From a virus: a stretch of 64,000 nt of DNA. Positions 26,435 to 38,132 of the stretch are shown here, one piece after another; position 1 is the stretch's first letter; every line of letters begins with the position of its first letter. Both the position numbers and the translations under genes were made by a program. The stretch is from positions 1-64,000 of the IMG/VR virus record IMGVR_UViG_3300031774_000005, one strand, 5' to 3'. The notes under the pieces were generated by a model that was given only the letters and a program-made list of their open reading frames with translations, was not told where the DNA came from and ran no database searches.

Positions 26435-29029
26435 ATGTCCGAAATAGCCACTTTAAATAAATCAATACTTGGTTTAAGTGGTAATATTGAGGATTTTATT
26501 AAATCATTAGGCAACATGGAAACAAGAGCCACTACGGTTAATAAAAAAGTAAAAGAATTGACGAAGGCTCAAGACGCTTTAGGATTATCATATAGAGACA
26601 ATATTAAAGGCGAAAAGGAATTATTTAATAAAAAAACCAAACTTAGAGTAGATAGATTTGGGGCGGCACTTGGAGAAGCCGGAAAAAAAATGACTTCTTT
26701 TAACAAAAGAACAAGTATTATTAGTGAAAGCATAAAAGAATTAAATAAAACTAATGAAAGATTTAATTTAGGTTTTAAATCTTTTTCAACATATACAAAA
26801 ATGGGCGGAAATGCCTTTGAGTATTTGGCTGAATTTATATCAAGCGGTAGAGAAGAAATTACTATTTTTGGTGTTGAAGCGGCTAAAGCCCGTAAATTTT
26901 TATACGGATTTTTACCTGCCGGAGTATTTAGAATGCTAAATAAGTTTTCCTCAACCCTTCAATTAGTTGGAGGACAATATAGAAAATTGGTGACTGATTC
27001 AGGGGCGGCTAAAGAAGAAGTAGAGAAGTTAAAGATGGCAATTGAAAACTTTGATGGCGACCCCGATGAACTTAAAGGCTTAAAGAAAAGATTAGAAGAA
27101 TTAGAAGTTCCCGATGGTATCTTCTCAACAGTATTCAAGGGCTTCAAAAAAATGAAAAAATTTGTTTCTAAGCCACTACAATTAAATTTCGACCAAGAAG
27201 GCATTTATGAAATGGATTCCACTTTTAGAAAAACTACGCAGTTAATGAAAAAGAACTTCGGAATGACACTTACCGATGATGTAGATGGGAAAAGAGGAAC
27301 TAAGAGCGAAAGAAAATATTTAAAGGAAAGAAAAAGGTCTTTACTACAACAACAAAAAGGTTCAACAGGCGCAGATTTTGGTGTATTAACGAAAGAAATA
27401 AAAGCAGTAGAACAGAAAATAGCAGATATAGATGATAAAGCGATTCAAGGTATTAGAAAAAGATATAGAGATTTAGGCAAAGAAATGAAAGCATCAAAAA
27501 AATTATTTAAATTTGGTATGGATGCCGAAGAAGTAGTAAAAAACCAAGAAGCATTAGTTTCAATGAAAGATAATTTATCCGATGTTGAAAAGGGAATAAG
27601 ATTTGCACGACAACAAGCAGAAGCCTTTGAATCCGTAGCATTCTTAGGTGATGAAGAAGATGCAAAGAAAGCAATAGAGTTTCAACAACAGTTAGAAGAT
27701 TTATTAAAAGAACAATTAGAATTACAAAGAAATATTGCTGAAACCACTGTTCAAGAAAAAGGAATAAAAAAGGTCATGAAAGAAATAGATGAACAGGACA
27801 AATTGCTTAAGAAAAAAGAAGGTTATCTTGAATTAATGGATAAAGATATAAAGAAACTTGAATATACGCTTGAATTACTTGAAGCAGAACAAGATGCTTC
27901 TTTTGACCCACAAAAACAAATACAAATAGCGGGAGTGCAAGCAGAAATCGCACAAAAAGAGGGTCAAAAATTAGAAACAGAAGGTGCAATCACTAAAGAT
28001 AAAGAGTCCTTAGAAGCACTAAACGAACAAAAAGACTTGTTAAAAGAAATGAGAGAAAACTCAATAGATAAACTGTTAGAAAAACACCCATTCTTTAAAG
28101 GAATTAATAAGTTAAGAAAGGGATTAAAACAAGTAATTCCAGCGTTAAGAATGTTCCTAAAAGCATTTATGATGGGCTTTATGTATGTAAGTTTAGCCAT
28201 ATTAGGGATTTTAGCCTTAGTAAAGATATTCGGGCCAATTATTAAAGATACTATTGGAACTATAATAAAAGTCCTTGCTCCGATAATAGAATTTACAATG
28301 GGCGCAATCGGTTTAATCTTCGATGGTGTAAAACAAGTATTTGGTGCGTTTTTCGGTGATGGCACTTTTGAAGATGCTATTGATGGATTACTTAAGATAG
28401 GTGCAGGTATTCTTGGAGTAGTAGTATCATTAGCAATAGCGGCTTTAGTAGCACTTGGAACTTTAGTTGTAGCCGGAATAGGGCATGCAATTGTAAAAGT
28501 AAAAGGCTTCTTCAAAGAAATGTTTTCAAGTTGGAAAGGATTTTTGAAAAGTGTTGCAGTTATAATAGCGATAGCAGGAACTATTATTGCATTAATCATG
28601 GGTGCGCCTGTTTGGTTAGCACTTGTGATAGGTATTGCTTTGTTTAAGGGAGTTAAATTAATTATTAAGGGGATTAAGTGGCTTGCCGATAAAATAAATC
28701 CTAAAAAGAAAGTTAAAAAGTTCTTAGGCGGTATAAGAGATAAAGTGACGGGTAGAGCAACCGGAGGAACAGTTAGAGTTGGAGAAACAACTCTTGTTGG
28801 AGAAAATGGGCCGGAATTAGTTAAATTACCTGCGGGTTCAAGAGTTTTTACAAATGCACGAACAAGAAAAATGGCTAAAGGAACTGCAAATACTAACAAC
28901 AATACCATAAACATTACAATTAATGCCAAAGATACTTCCGATGCTGAAATGCGACGAATAGCAGAAAAGGTCGGAAGATTAGTAAATAGCAGTATTAATA
29001 GAAATACAGGAATGTCAGGGATAAGGTGA
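26435..29029 (+). CDS. Tape measure protein
   Basis: Long coiled coil, hydrophobic helical repeats, C-terminal RATGG..TLVGENGPELV motif. Confidence 0.85.
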   Translation: MSEIATLNKSILGLSGNIEDFIKSLGNMETRATTVNKKVKELTKAQDALGLSYRDNIKGEKELFNKKTKLRVDRFGAALGEAGKKMTSFNKRTSIISESIKELNKTNERFNLGFKSFSTYTKMGGNAFEYLAEFISSGREEITIFGVEAAKARKFLYGFLPAGVFRMLNKFSSTLQLVGGQYRKLVTDSGAAKEEVEKLKMAIENFDGDPDELKGLKKRLEELEVPDGIFSTVFKGFKKMKKFVSKPLQLNFDQEGIYEMDSTFRKTTQLMKKNFGMTLTDDVDGKRGTKSERKYLKERKRSLLQQQKGSTGADFGVLTKEIKAVEQKIADIDDKAIQGIRKRYRDLGKEMKASKKLFKFGMDAEEVVKNQEALVSMKDNLSDVEKGIRFARQQAEAFESVAFLGDEEDAKKAIEFQQQLEDLLKEQLELQRNIAETTVQEKGIKKVMKEIDEQDKLLKKKEGYLELMDKDIKKLEYTLELLEAEQDASFDPQKQIQIAGVQAEIAQKEGQKLETEGAITKDKESLEALNEQKDLLKEMRENSIDKLLEKHPFFKGINKLRKGLKQVIPALRMFLKAFMMGFMYVSLAILGILALVKIFGPIIKDTIGTIIKVLAPIIEFTMGAIGLIFDGVKQVFGAFFGDGTFEDAIDGLLKIGAGILGVVVSLAIAALVALGTLVVAGIGHAIVKVKGFFKEMFSSWKGFLKSVAVIIAIAGTIIALIMGAPVWLALVIGIALFKGVKLIIKGIKWLADKINPKKKVKKFLGGIRDKVTGRATGGTVRVGETTLVGENGPELVKLPAGSRVFTNARTRKMAKGTANTNNNTINITINAKDTSDAEMRRIAEKVGRLVNSSINRNTGMSGIR

Positions 29030-29033
29030 TGAA

Positions 29034-29684
29034 ATGCCAATAGATGTAGCAGATACAACACATAATGTTTTTTTGAAATTAAATGTTCATGGTAAAGAAA
29101 CTGCCAGTAATCAAGTTGATACTATTCCTCTTAAAGTGACTTCAATCGCTGTTGATGTTAGCAGAACAGTTCCGGCTATACCCGTTCCTCTTTCAAGCAT
29201 AGCAAGGGGTCAATCGGAAACAATAGCAGTTGATTTAGGAATGGCGAGTAAAAGTATAACAATACAAGGAGTAATCACAAGTGGTAGAATTAGAAGAAGC
29301 CATACAGGAACTTCACCGAACTTTACTGCAATAGATATGACCGCATCGGAATTGGCTCAATTAATTGCTTCGGGTGTTGATTCTTCGGGTTTGGCTCATT
29401 ATCAAAATTTTAATGAGTTAGTTTTCTTAATTGAGTCAAACATTGATGAAAATTATGTTGAAAGACAAAACGGAGTAGAAAGAATACCATTTACTTTTGC
29501 TTCAAGAGGCGCAGCATTAGAAAAAGATAATGCGAGAGTTCCATTACCTGCTAATTTTCCAGAAGACGCTACTTCCACAGGATTAACCGGATTTATTGAA
29601 CAGTTTGGCTTTACATTAGATGCAGAAGAACCATTAGAAGTCGCATTTAATATGAATTTTAGAGTGGCTACTATTTTCCCATGA
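29034..29684 (+). CDS. Putative distal tail protein
   Basis: 216 aa right after the tape measure gene. Confidence 0.5.
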   Translation: MPIDVADTTHNVFLKLNVHGKETASNQVDTIPLKVTSIAVDVSRTVPAIPVPLSSIARGQSETIAVDLGMASKSITIQGVITSGRIRRSHTGTSPNFTAIDMTASELAQLIASGVDSSGLAHYQNFNELVFLIESNIDENYVERQNGVERIPFTFASRGAALEKDNARVPLPANFPEDATSTGLTGFIEQFGFTLDAEEPLEVAFNMNFRVATIFP

Positions 29685-29694
29685 GGCGATTTAA

Positions 29695-30834
29695 ATGTAT
29701 GATATTTATGTAGGAAAGCAAAGAAGCATAGTGTTTCCCATTATGTGTAATGCTCATATAAATATTAGTTATGCAGATAACATTGTTGATTTTGCTAATA
29801 ACAACGATACAACAGATGATGTTCCTTACGGTTTATGGGGTCATAGCGGGTCTTTTACTTATGAAGCACTATTTACTCCATATGATATTAATGGAATGGG
29901 TGCAGGTGGTTTAAGAGGTCGCACCGCCCAACAAACAAGCGATTTTATAATGCCTCAAGGGGGAACAGGAAAAATAAGTGAACATTACTTACAACAAAGA
30001 TACGGACACCCTATGGTTCTTTTTTATAATCCTAACTTTCAAATTTATCTTCAAAATACTACAACCAATAATAATAACCAACCGGCTGAATATAAAATAG
30101 TCGTCTCTTTAAAAATAAATGGAGTTGTTCAATCTTTTGAGACAGGAACAGTTATTAGCGCAGTATCGGATAAAACTTGGTTAAAAGGTAATGTAAATAA
30201 TAATAGCAACTTTTCAGGATTTGATGCTAATGGTAAATTAAAATATGAAAGCGTAGCGGCTTTAAGTTCCGGATTTAGTGCAGGAGGAACAAGTTTAGCA
30301 CTAACTATAAATGGCACAAGAACTGCTTCGCATTTCTTTGAAGGACAAAAATTATTTGTTAGAGACGGTTTCAATTTTACTGAAATAGGAACAATAGCAA
30401 ATGGTGGAATTGGTAATCTTAGTAATAGCAATATTACATTAACTATTCCTGCCTATAATGCTGATATTGCTAATGGAAGCGAGATATATATTGAGCCTTT
30501 CAAAGAACCAAAGTATGTAAAAAACATGCATCATGTTGCCGTTGTATTTAATGCATTTAGTAATTCAGTGACTATTTTTTACAATGCTAATTTAGCCCAT
30601 TCATCTTCTCATAATACAAGTGGAACTTTTGAGTTTAGTAAGACAGATTGTTTGATTGGTAGGAATACTATTGATGGAACAGTTTCAGCAACAAACTCTT
30701 ATCAATATATGGGAGAAATACATGAAATGTCATTAGAAAAAGGAATAAAGAAAACTATATCTTACAGTAATACTTTATTTCCGTTTTTTGATAATACTTT
30801 GATGTATCTAAGATTTGAAGAGGTTGATGAATAA
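29695..30834 (+). CDS. Tail protein with LamG/concanavalin-like domain
   Basis: SFTYEALFTP...HHVAVVF...LIG...YMGEIHEM motifs. Confidence 0.6.
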   Translation: MYDIYVGKQRSIVFPIMCNAHINISYADNIVDFANNNDTTDDVPYGLWGHSGSFTYEALFTPYDINGMGAGGLRGRTAQQTSDFIMPQGGTGKISEHYLQQRYGHPMVLFYNPNFQIYLQNTTTNNNNQPAEYKIVVSLKINGVVQSFETGTVISAVSDKTWLKGNVNNNSNFSGFDANGKLKYESVAALSSGFSAGGTSLALTINGTRTASHFFEGQKLFVRDGFNFTEIGTIANGGIGNLSNSNITLTIPAYNADIANGSEIYIEPFKEPKYVKNMHHVAVVFNAFSNSVTIFYNANLAHSSSHNTSGTFEFSKTDCLIGRNTIDGTVSATNSYQYMGEIHEMSLEKGIKKTISYSNTLFPFFDNTLMYLRFEEVDE

Positions 30835-33800
30835 TGACAATAAGCATTGGCGGTGTTTCCTCTTCCTATAACACAACTCCGAATAATTTTTATGATGTTC
30901 CTACTAACCCTCGTATTTATACTGCGGGATATAATTTTTCAGCCGAAGATAAATTATTTACAATAATATATGAAGATGGAAGCATATCTAATGATACAAT
31001 GGAAAGACCTATTTCTTCCGGTAATATACATACTGAATATTCTAATTTACATAATACCGATGGTTTTTCAATTAGATGTTTTGATAGCCATTCAAATACA
31101 GGATTAGATTTATCAAGTATTAATTTAGCAAATAATGAATACTATGTATTAATAAATTCAGATAATATGCATTTGTATCACTTTGCTAAAATAACTAAAG
31201 TGGTAAGTGCTGATACTCAAGGAGATAAATTTGAATTTAGCCCAAGATTAGGTAATGAAGTGGCAAAAGGCGTTAAGTTTAAAGTTTTTAAAGGCCCATC
31301 TAATACTGATAAAATAGTTGCTATTTCAGCAGGAATAGACCAACAAATAGGAGATACAATCAACAATGTAGTATCTATGTTTAACATAGCAAGACCCTTC
31401 TTTTATTTTTATAACGATAAATTGGATAAAAAGAATGAATTAAATCATAATACTAAATATATGTTAAGAATGGGCGACACAAATAGTAATGTAAATTCAA
31501 TAACAATAAATACTCATAATTTTGCCTTTACTACTGTTGCCGACCATAGATATAAAATAATAGATTACAGCAAATTTACTTATAATATTAAATTAGAAGA
31601 TAAGTTGAAATTATTAGACGACCCTGATGCGGGAACAAGTAATGAAAGTAGCCTTCTTAATTCAACTTATACTACAACAACTGATTATAATAATTGTTTT
31701 ATTAATGCAAGAAGAGATGTTAATGACGACCCTTCTTCTTTAGATTTAACCGGCCCAAAAAGATATGTTTATTATAATTTTTCACCCGAAGATAATAATA
31801 GAATGCCAATTGTTTATGAGTGTAATATTGCAGATTCATTTGACGCTAAGGCCGGTTATGCTTCTCTTAAATTAATTGATGGCACTAAAAATTTATCAAA
31901 TAAAATTCTTAATAATGATAGGCTCATGGTTAATCAAAAATTAAGCGAAGAAGACTTGAATGATTGGGTTGAAGTTGGTGAAATTGAATCTAATGTAGGA
32001 CTACTTTATACATTAAGGGCTGATGTAGAAAGACCTAATTTATATTTTAGTGCAGGTAATGAAGTGTTAATAGGAAATATGATATGTATTGTTGATAGTG
32101 TTTCTGCTACAAGTCCATATAACCGAATTACTTTAAACACGGCAAATGGAACTGACCCAAGAGGAAGATTAAAAACAGACTCGGAATTTACCAGCCGTGT
32201 TGGTTTAGTTTTTGCAGAAGGAACAAAAGTGTATAGAAGAAGATTAAATCCTGTTGATAACACCTTTTTTACTGAAACAAATATATCAGGAAATAAATTA
32301 GAAAAACTAAATGCAGTAATTATTTCTAATCAATACAAAAACTTTTATTGCCATATGGGCAGTTTTATATCAAATGCTGATGAAGATTATGGCCTATTAA
32401 CTTTAACTTTTGAAAATAACCTAATGGATAATGAAACGGCTTTACGGTATGTCTTTGGTGAAATTTTGTTAAATTATCAAATATTCTTTGGGAAGGTTGA
32501 GTCTATAAATAAAACTTTAGAAAACCAACAAAGTATTTTTGAAGTGCAAGGAAGAAATACATTGTCTAAATTAGTTGATATTATTACTAACAAAGATACT
32601 TTATTTAGTGCTGATTTTATTACAACAGGGTTTAGTCCATATAATGATGTTTCTTTAGTTGGACAGGCCGTATGGGGTAATATTGGTGGAGCAGGTGGAG
32701 CAACAAATATTAATTTTACAAGTGGAGTGACTTTATCCGAAGGCGACCACTTATGGTCGAGTAGTGGATATATAGGGCAAGTTGTCGCAAGTGGTTCTAA
32801 TATAACGAATTATACTGTCATTAACGGCATTTCTCATGAAAACGGGCCAACTACTAACGATAAAAATGTCTATAAAGAAACAAATAAACATTATATTTTC
32901 GGAAAAGCGATGGCTTCTAATTCTTATACTAATTCAGTCACAAGTTTATCGGGAGCAAGTGATAAAGGTTTATTTTTTAATGATGGTGTAAAACTTAGTG
33001 GCACAAAAATGAATAATTTGGTTGAATCAACACCATTAGTCGGTTCTGCCGAAGATACTCACATAAAGGCTCAGGGTTTTAACATTAGTAAGACTGAAAA
33101 CCTGCTAAATGATTTACCATTTCAAGCGACCATTGATGGATTTACTGATGAAGTAATTAATACTTTGATTGATTTTACAGTTATTGAAGTTAGCAAAGAT
33201 AAATCATTAACAACTGTGAAACTTGCTCCTTATATGCCTTTAACTTTAGGAAGAGAGACAGTTAATTATTTAAATTTTGAAGCACCTTCATTAGCAGGTT
33301 TAGGTAGTTTTAGCAGTTATGTTGAAACAGATGCGACAAATGGAAATAGACATATTCTATTAACTACGGAAAGTTTTGGGTATTCAGCCCAAATGAACTA
33401 TTTATACTATTTACGAATTGGCGACCCTTTATTTTCTAACAATCAATTTATTGGTAGATTTACAGGCTATCAAACAAGGCAAGTTTCTGCAAACAACAAC
33501 ATAGGAAATGTAGCAGACTCTACTCGTATTTTTGTTGATAGACCCGTAAGTTTAACTGCGGGAGATACAATAAGTTGTTTATCAGGATATGGAAATAAAA
33601 ACATACCCTTGCATTTAGTAAATGGGGCGCACTTACACCTAAACAAAATGATAGGATTAATTGGACAAAGAGTAAATGGTAATACAAATAATGGAAGCAT
33701 TAGAAAATACAATTTTAATTTAGACTACCAAACCACAAGTCAGCAAATAGGACAAAATACTTATACAACCGAAGTAGATAATATAAAAAGATACTCCGAC

Positions 33801-36800
33801 CAATTTTACAGAATATTTAATTTAGAAAAAGGCCAAATAGGAGATAAAAAATACAATCTTGTTAATGTTCTTGAAGATACTATTGGAGGAAATTCTACAC
33901 CCCTAAAGGGAATAAATAAGCCATTTTATTCTTTCTCTTCTATTTTTAATTATTATGCTGATACATATAATAAGCACCCTTTATGGGCAGTTTCAAATAG
34001 GATTGAAAGCATTAGTCTAACCGAGAACTCAAGCCCTGTATTGAATAGGTCTTTGCCAATTGGCCAAAGAGGGGTTAGACCAATCACCTATTCTAATTTT
34101 GCCGATAAAAAGTTTATTCCTCCCATATCTAAAAGTTTGATAGGAACAACTCAACAAACCTGCACAACTACTAATGGAAGTCCTGATGTAGTTGTTCAAG
34201 ATTCATCTAATTTAGTTGTTGGAATGACTGTTGGTGGAGTTGGTGTTCCTTTGAATGGAAATTTTGCCGCTACTATTCAATCTATAAATGGTAATAATAC
34301 AACAGAAATAACTTTAGATACCAATGCTAATGTTAGTGCCACTAACATTTTAGTTTTTATTAAACAATACAAGGTCAATACCAAAGACAACACTTATCAA
34401 GTTCTTTTACCAAATACTCCGAGTAATATATATGGACACAAGCCAAAAGCGGGTTCAGCAATAGAAAGCATATTTAATCCTCTTTTGGTAAGGGATAAAT
34501 TACACCAAATTGATAATAAAGCCGCAAGGTTGTTTTTATATGGTAATAGAGATATAGAATTTTACAGTTCAAGAAGAACGGATAGTTTATTAAATAGTGC
34601 CACAAGAACATTAAATCTTTATGGATTATTTTCTATTGATTCTCCAATTCAGTCTTCCCATTCAGTAAATAAAAACGACACTTATGGAAATACTGTTTCA
34701 AGTATTTATACTGACATAAGTTATAAACATTCTAATATTATTAGCAGTAATAAAACTTTATCTAATCTTAAAAGGTTTTCATTAATGAGACTAACTGAAT
34801 GTGTTTATGATTCATTTTTTAATCCTATAAATCCTGAATTTGATGTTTTGGAGTCTGCTACCGTTGAATCAACAGTTATTAATTCTATAAAAGTGCATGA
34901 AACGCCCGAAACTATAACTGCAATACCCGCTATTGGCAGTAATGATATTATTTTATCTTCGCCACCAGCAGTAGGGTTTGGCGTTAATGATTTTATTTAT
35001 GACCGTTTAACTAATAAAATTGTAGGAAGAGTCACCGCAATAAATGGAGCAACAGTCACTTGTGGAGATGGTTTATTTTATACTCGTATAAATAACGGAG
35101 CAGGTGGCTCAACTGCAAATCAACACTATACTTCTACATCAGAAGTATTATCAGGATTTGCTTATGTTGCCGGAGATAATTTATTGTTTATTAAGAATGC
35201 AGATGTAATAAATCCCATAACTATTGGTGGAAGGGAAATTGGTTCAATACTGTATGAATATCCTATGGGTGTTAATAATTTTACAGATTTTAGATTTAAG
35301 GCAACTAATATTCATTTATTATATGGAACAATAATGAATCAAAACGACATATTTACAGGAAATAATGACCCTCTTGGACAAAGTAATGCAGATAACCGCA
35401 TAACTCCCTCAACTTGGAGTGATTATTATATTGAACAATCAACACCTGCGGCAGATTTTCCAACAGACATGAGAACTATAAGAAAAACTACTATTTATGA
35501 TAAGCAAAGCATATTACTTCCTTACGCCTTTTTTGGAGCAAATAATAACCACCCAACTAATGCTTCGGGAAGTCCTGCCCCTACAAATGCTTCCGCTTCC
35601 GACCCCGAAGGTTTTTGGAGAGTTGAAACAGTTGATGCTTCTTCTAATAATACTATTGAACATTGGGATTATTATGGAGATTATTTGTATAATCAACAAG
35701 GTCAGCAATTAAATCGTTTATTTAGAGACATAAATGATTTCGATATAGTTTGGTTTTTAGATAGATTAGAATTTAAGCAGGGAGCAAAAACAGATGATAA
35801 GTTAGTGTCGTCAATAAAAGTTGTTAATCTTAAACCAATAGGAACAGAAAGCCAACAGGCCGATATTAATTCACACATGGTAAGCCCATTTTGCACATAT
35901 GCTTCATTAGGTTATGTATTTAGACACGGTGATGTTGCTATTAACACAGGGCGCAGTATTGTTTATCCAATGCTCGGAACTACTACGGATGCTGGATTTG
36001 GAATACCAACAGAATCAGCAGATAAAGAAGCAACTACTATAAGTGGATATATGGGTATTAAATTTCATTTAGATATGACGAATCAACAAGGTCTGCCTAT
36101 TTCTTCAACCGGAGCAAATACTAATTTTAATCATCCAATTATAATGAATGAAGAAAACACTTTTTTGAAAAATGTTGATTTAACAGGTTGTTATCTTGTT
36201 CCCGTAGGAAAAGGAAAAAAATACAAACGAGGCGATGTTTCTTCATCTTCATCATTTTCTTCCGACCATGAATTAATGCACAACGATAATGAACTAATAT
36301 ATGTGGTTGCTCATGAAAATGATATGACTACGGAAGGTAATTTATCTGCGCCAACGGGATTTGTTTATGGTAATAGATGCCGTATTATAACAGATAAAGC
36401 ATTATCGGCACTAAAGTATAAAATTCTACAACCTAATCCTGTTTGTTTTTGGGATAAAACACCAAAAGAAATAAAACTTAATACATTAAGTTCTGCATAT
36501 ACAAAAAACATGGATAATGAAAATATGATTTCCGAACCGCCTTCATGGAGTAATTATCTAAATTCCGAAGGAGATGGAAATTCCTCTAAAGAAGGTGTTC
36601 AATCAATGTATGTAATAGCCGATTTAGATACTTTAGGAGGACAAGGTGATTTAGTGGTAAGAACAACTTCTGCTTTATCTGCTATTTTAAACAATTTAGA
36701 AGGTGAATTTTGTTTATCCGATGGAGATAATTCTTTAGTTTGTAATTTAAGAGGGATAGACCAAAACGATACTTTAGGATATTATTTAGAATTAGCAGAA

Positions 36801-37799
36801 ATAAAAAAATTAAATGGAATTATTTCTGTTTCCGAAATATTTGAATTAATAGTTAATGGCGACATAGATGAAAAAGCAACAAGAGCAGTAATAGGCACAA
36901 CTGTTGATATATGCAAGGAAATAGAGGAAAGTGTTGAAGAACTATTGATAGAAAATGATATTGATTTTGATTTAACAAAGGAAGATTATAAGTTATTCGC
37001 TTCGCCTGATTTTCAAGGAACTAATTTATTTAACTTACTTAATTATTTATTAAAATTAAAAGATAAAAAAATGGTTAATATAGCAGGTAAAATTAAAATA
37101 ATAAACTATGATGATTCCGATTATCAGGCTAAATACTCTTTTGATGATAATGATATAGTAGAAATCCAATTAACTAAATCTAATTTTAATTATTTTAATG
37201 AAGTAATAGTTTATGGAAGCAAGCATAAGGCTATTAGAAAAGACTTTAGAGAAATAAAGAAAAATGGAAAAAAGACATTAGAAATTTTTGAAGATAAATT
37301 AGGAACTAAAGAAGATGTAGAGAGAGAAGCACAAGAAAAATTGATTATGCATACTCAACTACAAGACCTAATTGAATGCAAACTACCTGTCTCTAAAGTA
37401 AAATGCTTGGATATAGGGGAAACCGTTATCATAGAATCTAAAGTGGCAGGTATAAAACCAAGACCTTTCTTGTTATTAGAGAAAATACAAACTTTTAGTG
37501 GGTTAGTCCAACTAAAATTAGGTAAATATATTAAGGGAATAGAAGACACCCTCGCTGATTTACTTCTTGATAATAAGAAAACTAAATCATATATAAGAAA
37601 AAAGAACTTCAATGTTAATGAAAACGCTTTTGATTTCTTTGACAGTATGAAAATAAATGAAATGCACTTGTTGATTAGAAAAAGGGAAACAGTAGGAAGC
37701 ACTTTAGGAATGCAGACACCGTTAAATACAAACACAAGCCAACTTGGTTTTAATGGCGGAAGCACTACTTACACTACTTTAAAGGAGGAAGATTTATGA
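30834..37799 (+). CDS. Giant tail tip/hub protein (2321 aa)
   Basis: N/T/S-rich beta protein; IFFGKVESI..VQGRN and FNEVIVYG hub-like motifs. Confidence 0.65.
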   Translation: MTISIGGVSSSYNTTPNNFYDVPTNPRIYTAGYNFSAEDKLFTIIYEDGSISNDTMERPISSGNIHTEYSNLHNTDGFSIRCFDSHSNTGLDLSSINLANNEYYVLINSDNMHLYHFAKITKVVSADTQGDKFEFSPRLGNEVAKGVKFKVFKGPSNTDKIVAISAGIDQQIGDTINNVVSMFNIARPFFYFYNDKLDKKNELNHNTKYMLRMGDTNSNVNSITINTHNFAFTTVADHRYKIIDYSKFTYNIKLEDKLKLLDDPDAGTSNESSLLNSTYTTTTDYNNCFINARRDVNDDPSSLDLTGPKRYVYYNFSPEDNNRMPIVYECNIADSFDAKAGYASLKLIDGTKNLSNKILNNDRLMVNQKLSEEDLNDWVEVGEIESNVGLLYTLRADVERPNLYFSAGNEVLIGNMICIVDSVSATSPYNRITLNTANGTDPRGRLKTDSEFTSRVGLVFAEGTKVYRRRLNPVDNTFFTETNISGNKLEKLNAVIISNQYKNFYCHMGSFISNADEDYGLLTLTFENNLMDNETALRYVFGEILLNYQIFFGKVESINKTLENQQSIFEVQGRNTLSKLVDIITNKDTLFSADFITTGFSPYNDVSLVGQAVWGNIGGAGGATNINFTSGVTLSEGDHLWSSSGYIGQVVASGSNITNYTVINGISHENGPTTNDKNVYKETNKHYIFGKAMASNSYTNSVTSLSGASDKGLFFNDGVKLSGTKMNNLVESTPLVGSAEDTHIKAQGFNISKTENLLNDLPFQATIDGFTDEVINTLIDFTVIEVSKDKSLTTVKLAPYMPLTLGRETVNYLNFEAPSLAGLGSFSSYVETDATNGNRHILLTTESFGYSAQMNYLYYLRIGDPLFSNNQFIGRFTGYQTRQVSANNNIGNVADSTRIFVDRPVSLTAGDTISCLSGYGNKNIPLHLVNGAHLHLNKMIGLIGQRVNGNTNNGSIRKYNFNLDYQTTSQQIGQNTYTTEVDNIKRYSDQFYRIFNLEKGQIGDKKYNLVNVLEDTIGGNSTPLKGINKPFYSFSSIFNYYADTYNKHPLWAVSNRIESISLTENSSPVLNRSLPIGQRGVRPITYSNFADKKFIPPISKSLIGTTQQTCTTTNGSPDVVVQDSSNLVVGMTVGGVGVPLNGNFAATIQSINGNNTTEITLDTNANVSATNILVFIKQYKVNTKDNTYQVLLPNTPSNIYGHKPKAGSAIESIFNPLLVRDKLHQIDNKAARLFLYGNRDIEFYSSRRTDSLLNSATRTLNLYGLFSIDSPIQSSHSVNKNDTYGNTVSSIYTDISYKHSNIISSNKTLSNLKRFSLMRLTECVYDSFFNPINPEFDVLESATVESTVINSIKVHETPETITAIPAIGSNDIILSSPPAVGFGVNDFIYDRLTNKIVGRVTAINGATVTCGDGLFYTRINNGAGGSTANQHYTSTSEVLSGFAYVAGDNLLFIKNADVINPITIGGREIGSILYEYPMGVNNFTDFRFKATNIHLLYGTIMNQNDIFTGNNDPLGQSNADNRITPSTWSDYYIEQSTPAADFPTDMRTIRKTTIYDKQSILLPYAFFGANNNHPTNASGSPAPTNASASDPEGFWRVETVDASSNNTIEHWDYYGDYLYNQQGQQLNRLFRDINDFDIVWFLDRLEFKQGAKTDDKLVSSIKVVNLKPIGTESQQADINSHMVSPFCTYASLGYVFRHGDVAINTGRSIVYPMLGTTTDAGFGIPTESADKEATTISGYMGIKFHLDMTNQQGLPISSTGANTNFNHPIIMNEENTFLKNVDLTGCYLVPVGKGKKYKRGDVSSSSSFSSDHELMHNDNELIYVVAHENDMTTEGNLSAPTGFVYGNRCRIITDKALSALKYKILQPNPVCFWDKTPKEIKLNTLSSAYTKNMDNENMISEPPSWSNYLNSEGDGNSSKEGVQSMYVIADLDTLGGQGDLVVRTTSALSAILNNLEGEFCLSDGDNSLVCNLRGIDQNDTLGYYLELAEIKKLNGIISVSEIFELIVNGDIDEKATRAVIGTTVDICKEIEESVEELLIENDIDFDLTKEDYKLFASPDFQGTNLFNLLNYLLKLKDKKMVNIAGKIKIINYDDSDYQAKYSFDDNDIVEIQLTKSNFNYFNEVIVYGSKHKAIRKDFREIKKNGKKTLEIFEDKLGTKEDVEREAQEKLIMHTQLQDLIECKLPVSKVKCLDIGETVIIESKVAGIKPRPFLLLEKIQTFSGLVQLKLGKYIKGIEDTLADLLLDNKKTKSYIRKKNFNVNENAFDFFDSMKINEMHLLIRKRETVGSTLGMQTPLNTNTSQLGFNGGSTTYTTLKEEDL

Positions 37800-38131
37800 T
37801 AACAGATAAACTAAAAGAAATATTAGCAACACGGATAAAAGACATTGTTGATGGAGGCAAGTTAGGATTGGGTGGAAATACTACAAGCCCCGTAGCACTT
37901 GACTTAGATGTGCCAATTACAGGAACGCCGACAATTAGTGTTGAAAAATCAAATGCTAATGTGGTTCAAATAATGGTTGAGGAAGTCGGGTCTAATATAA
38001 CAGGGAAACTGATAAGAGAGATGGCTTTTTTTGATGGAACAGATATGCTTGGCAGGGTCAATTTTGAAGCAGTTGGGCCATTTAGCGGAACAGAAAGAAT
38101 ACAGATTTTTTTAACAGTAGAGGTTGAGTAA
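37796..38131 (+). CDS. Small tail-tip protein
   Basis: 111 aa; IREMAFF motif; ATGA overlap. Confidence 0.55.
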   Translation: MITDKLKEILATRIKDIVDGGKLGLGGNTTSPVALDLDVPITGTPTISVEKSNANVVQIMVEEVGSNITGKLIREMAFFDGTDMLGRVNFEAVGPFSGTERIQIFLTVEVE

Positions 38132-38132
38132 T

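Noticed and set aside
27964-29061. 365-aa minus-strand ORF
   Set aside because: Antisense shadow of the hydrophobic part of the tape measure gene; no RBS or motifs
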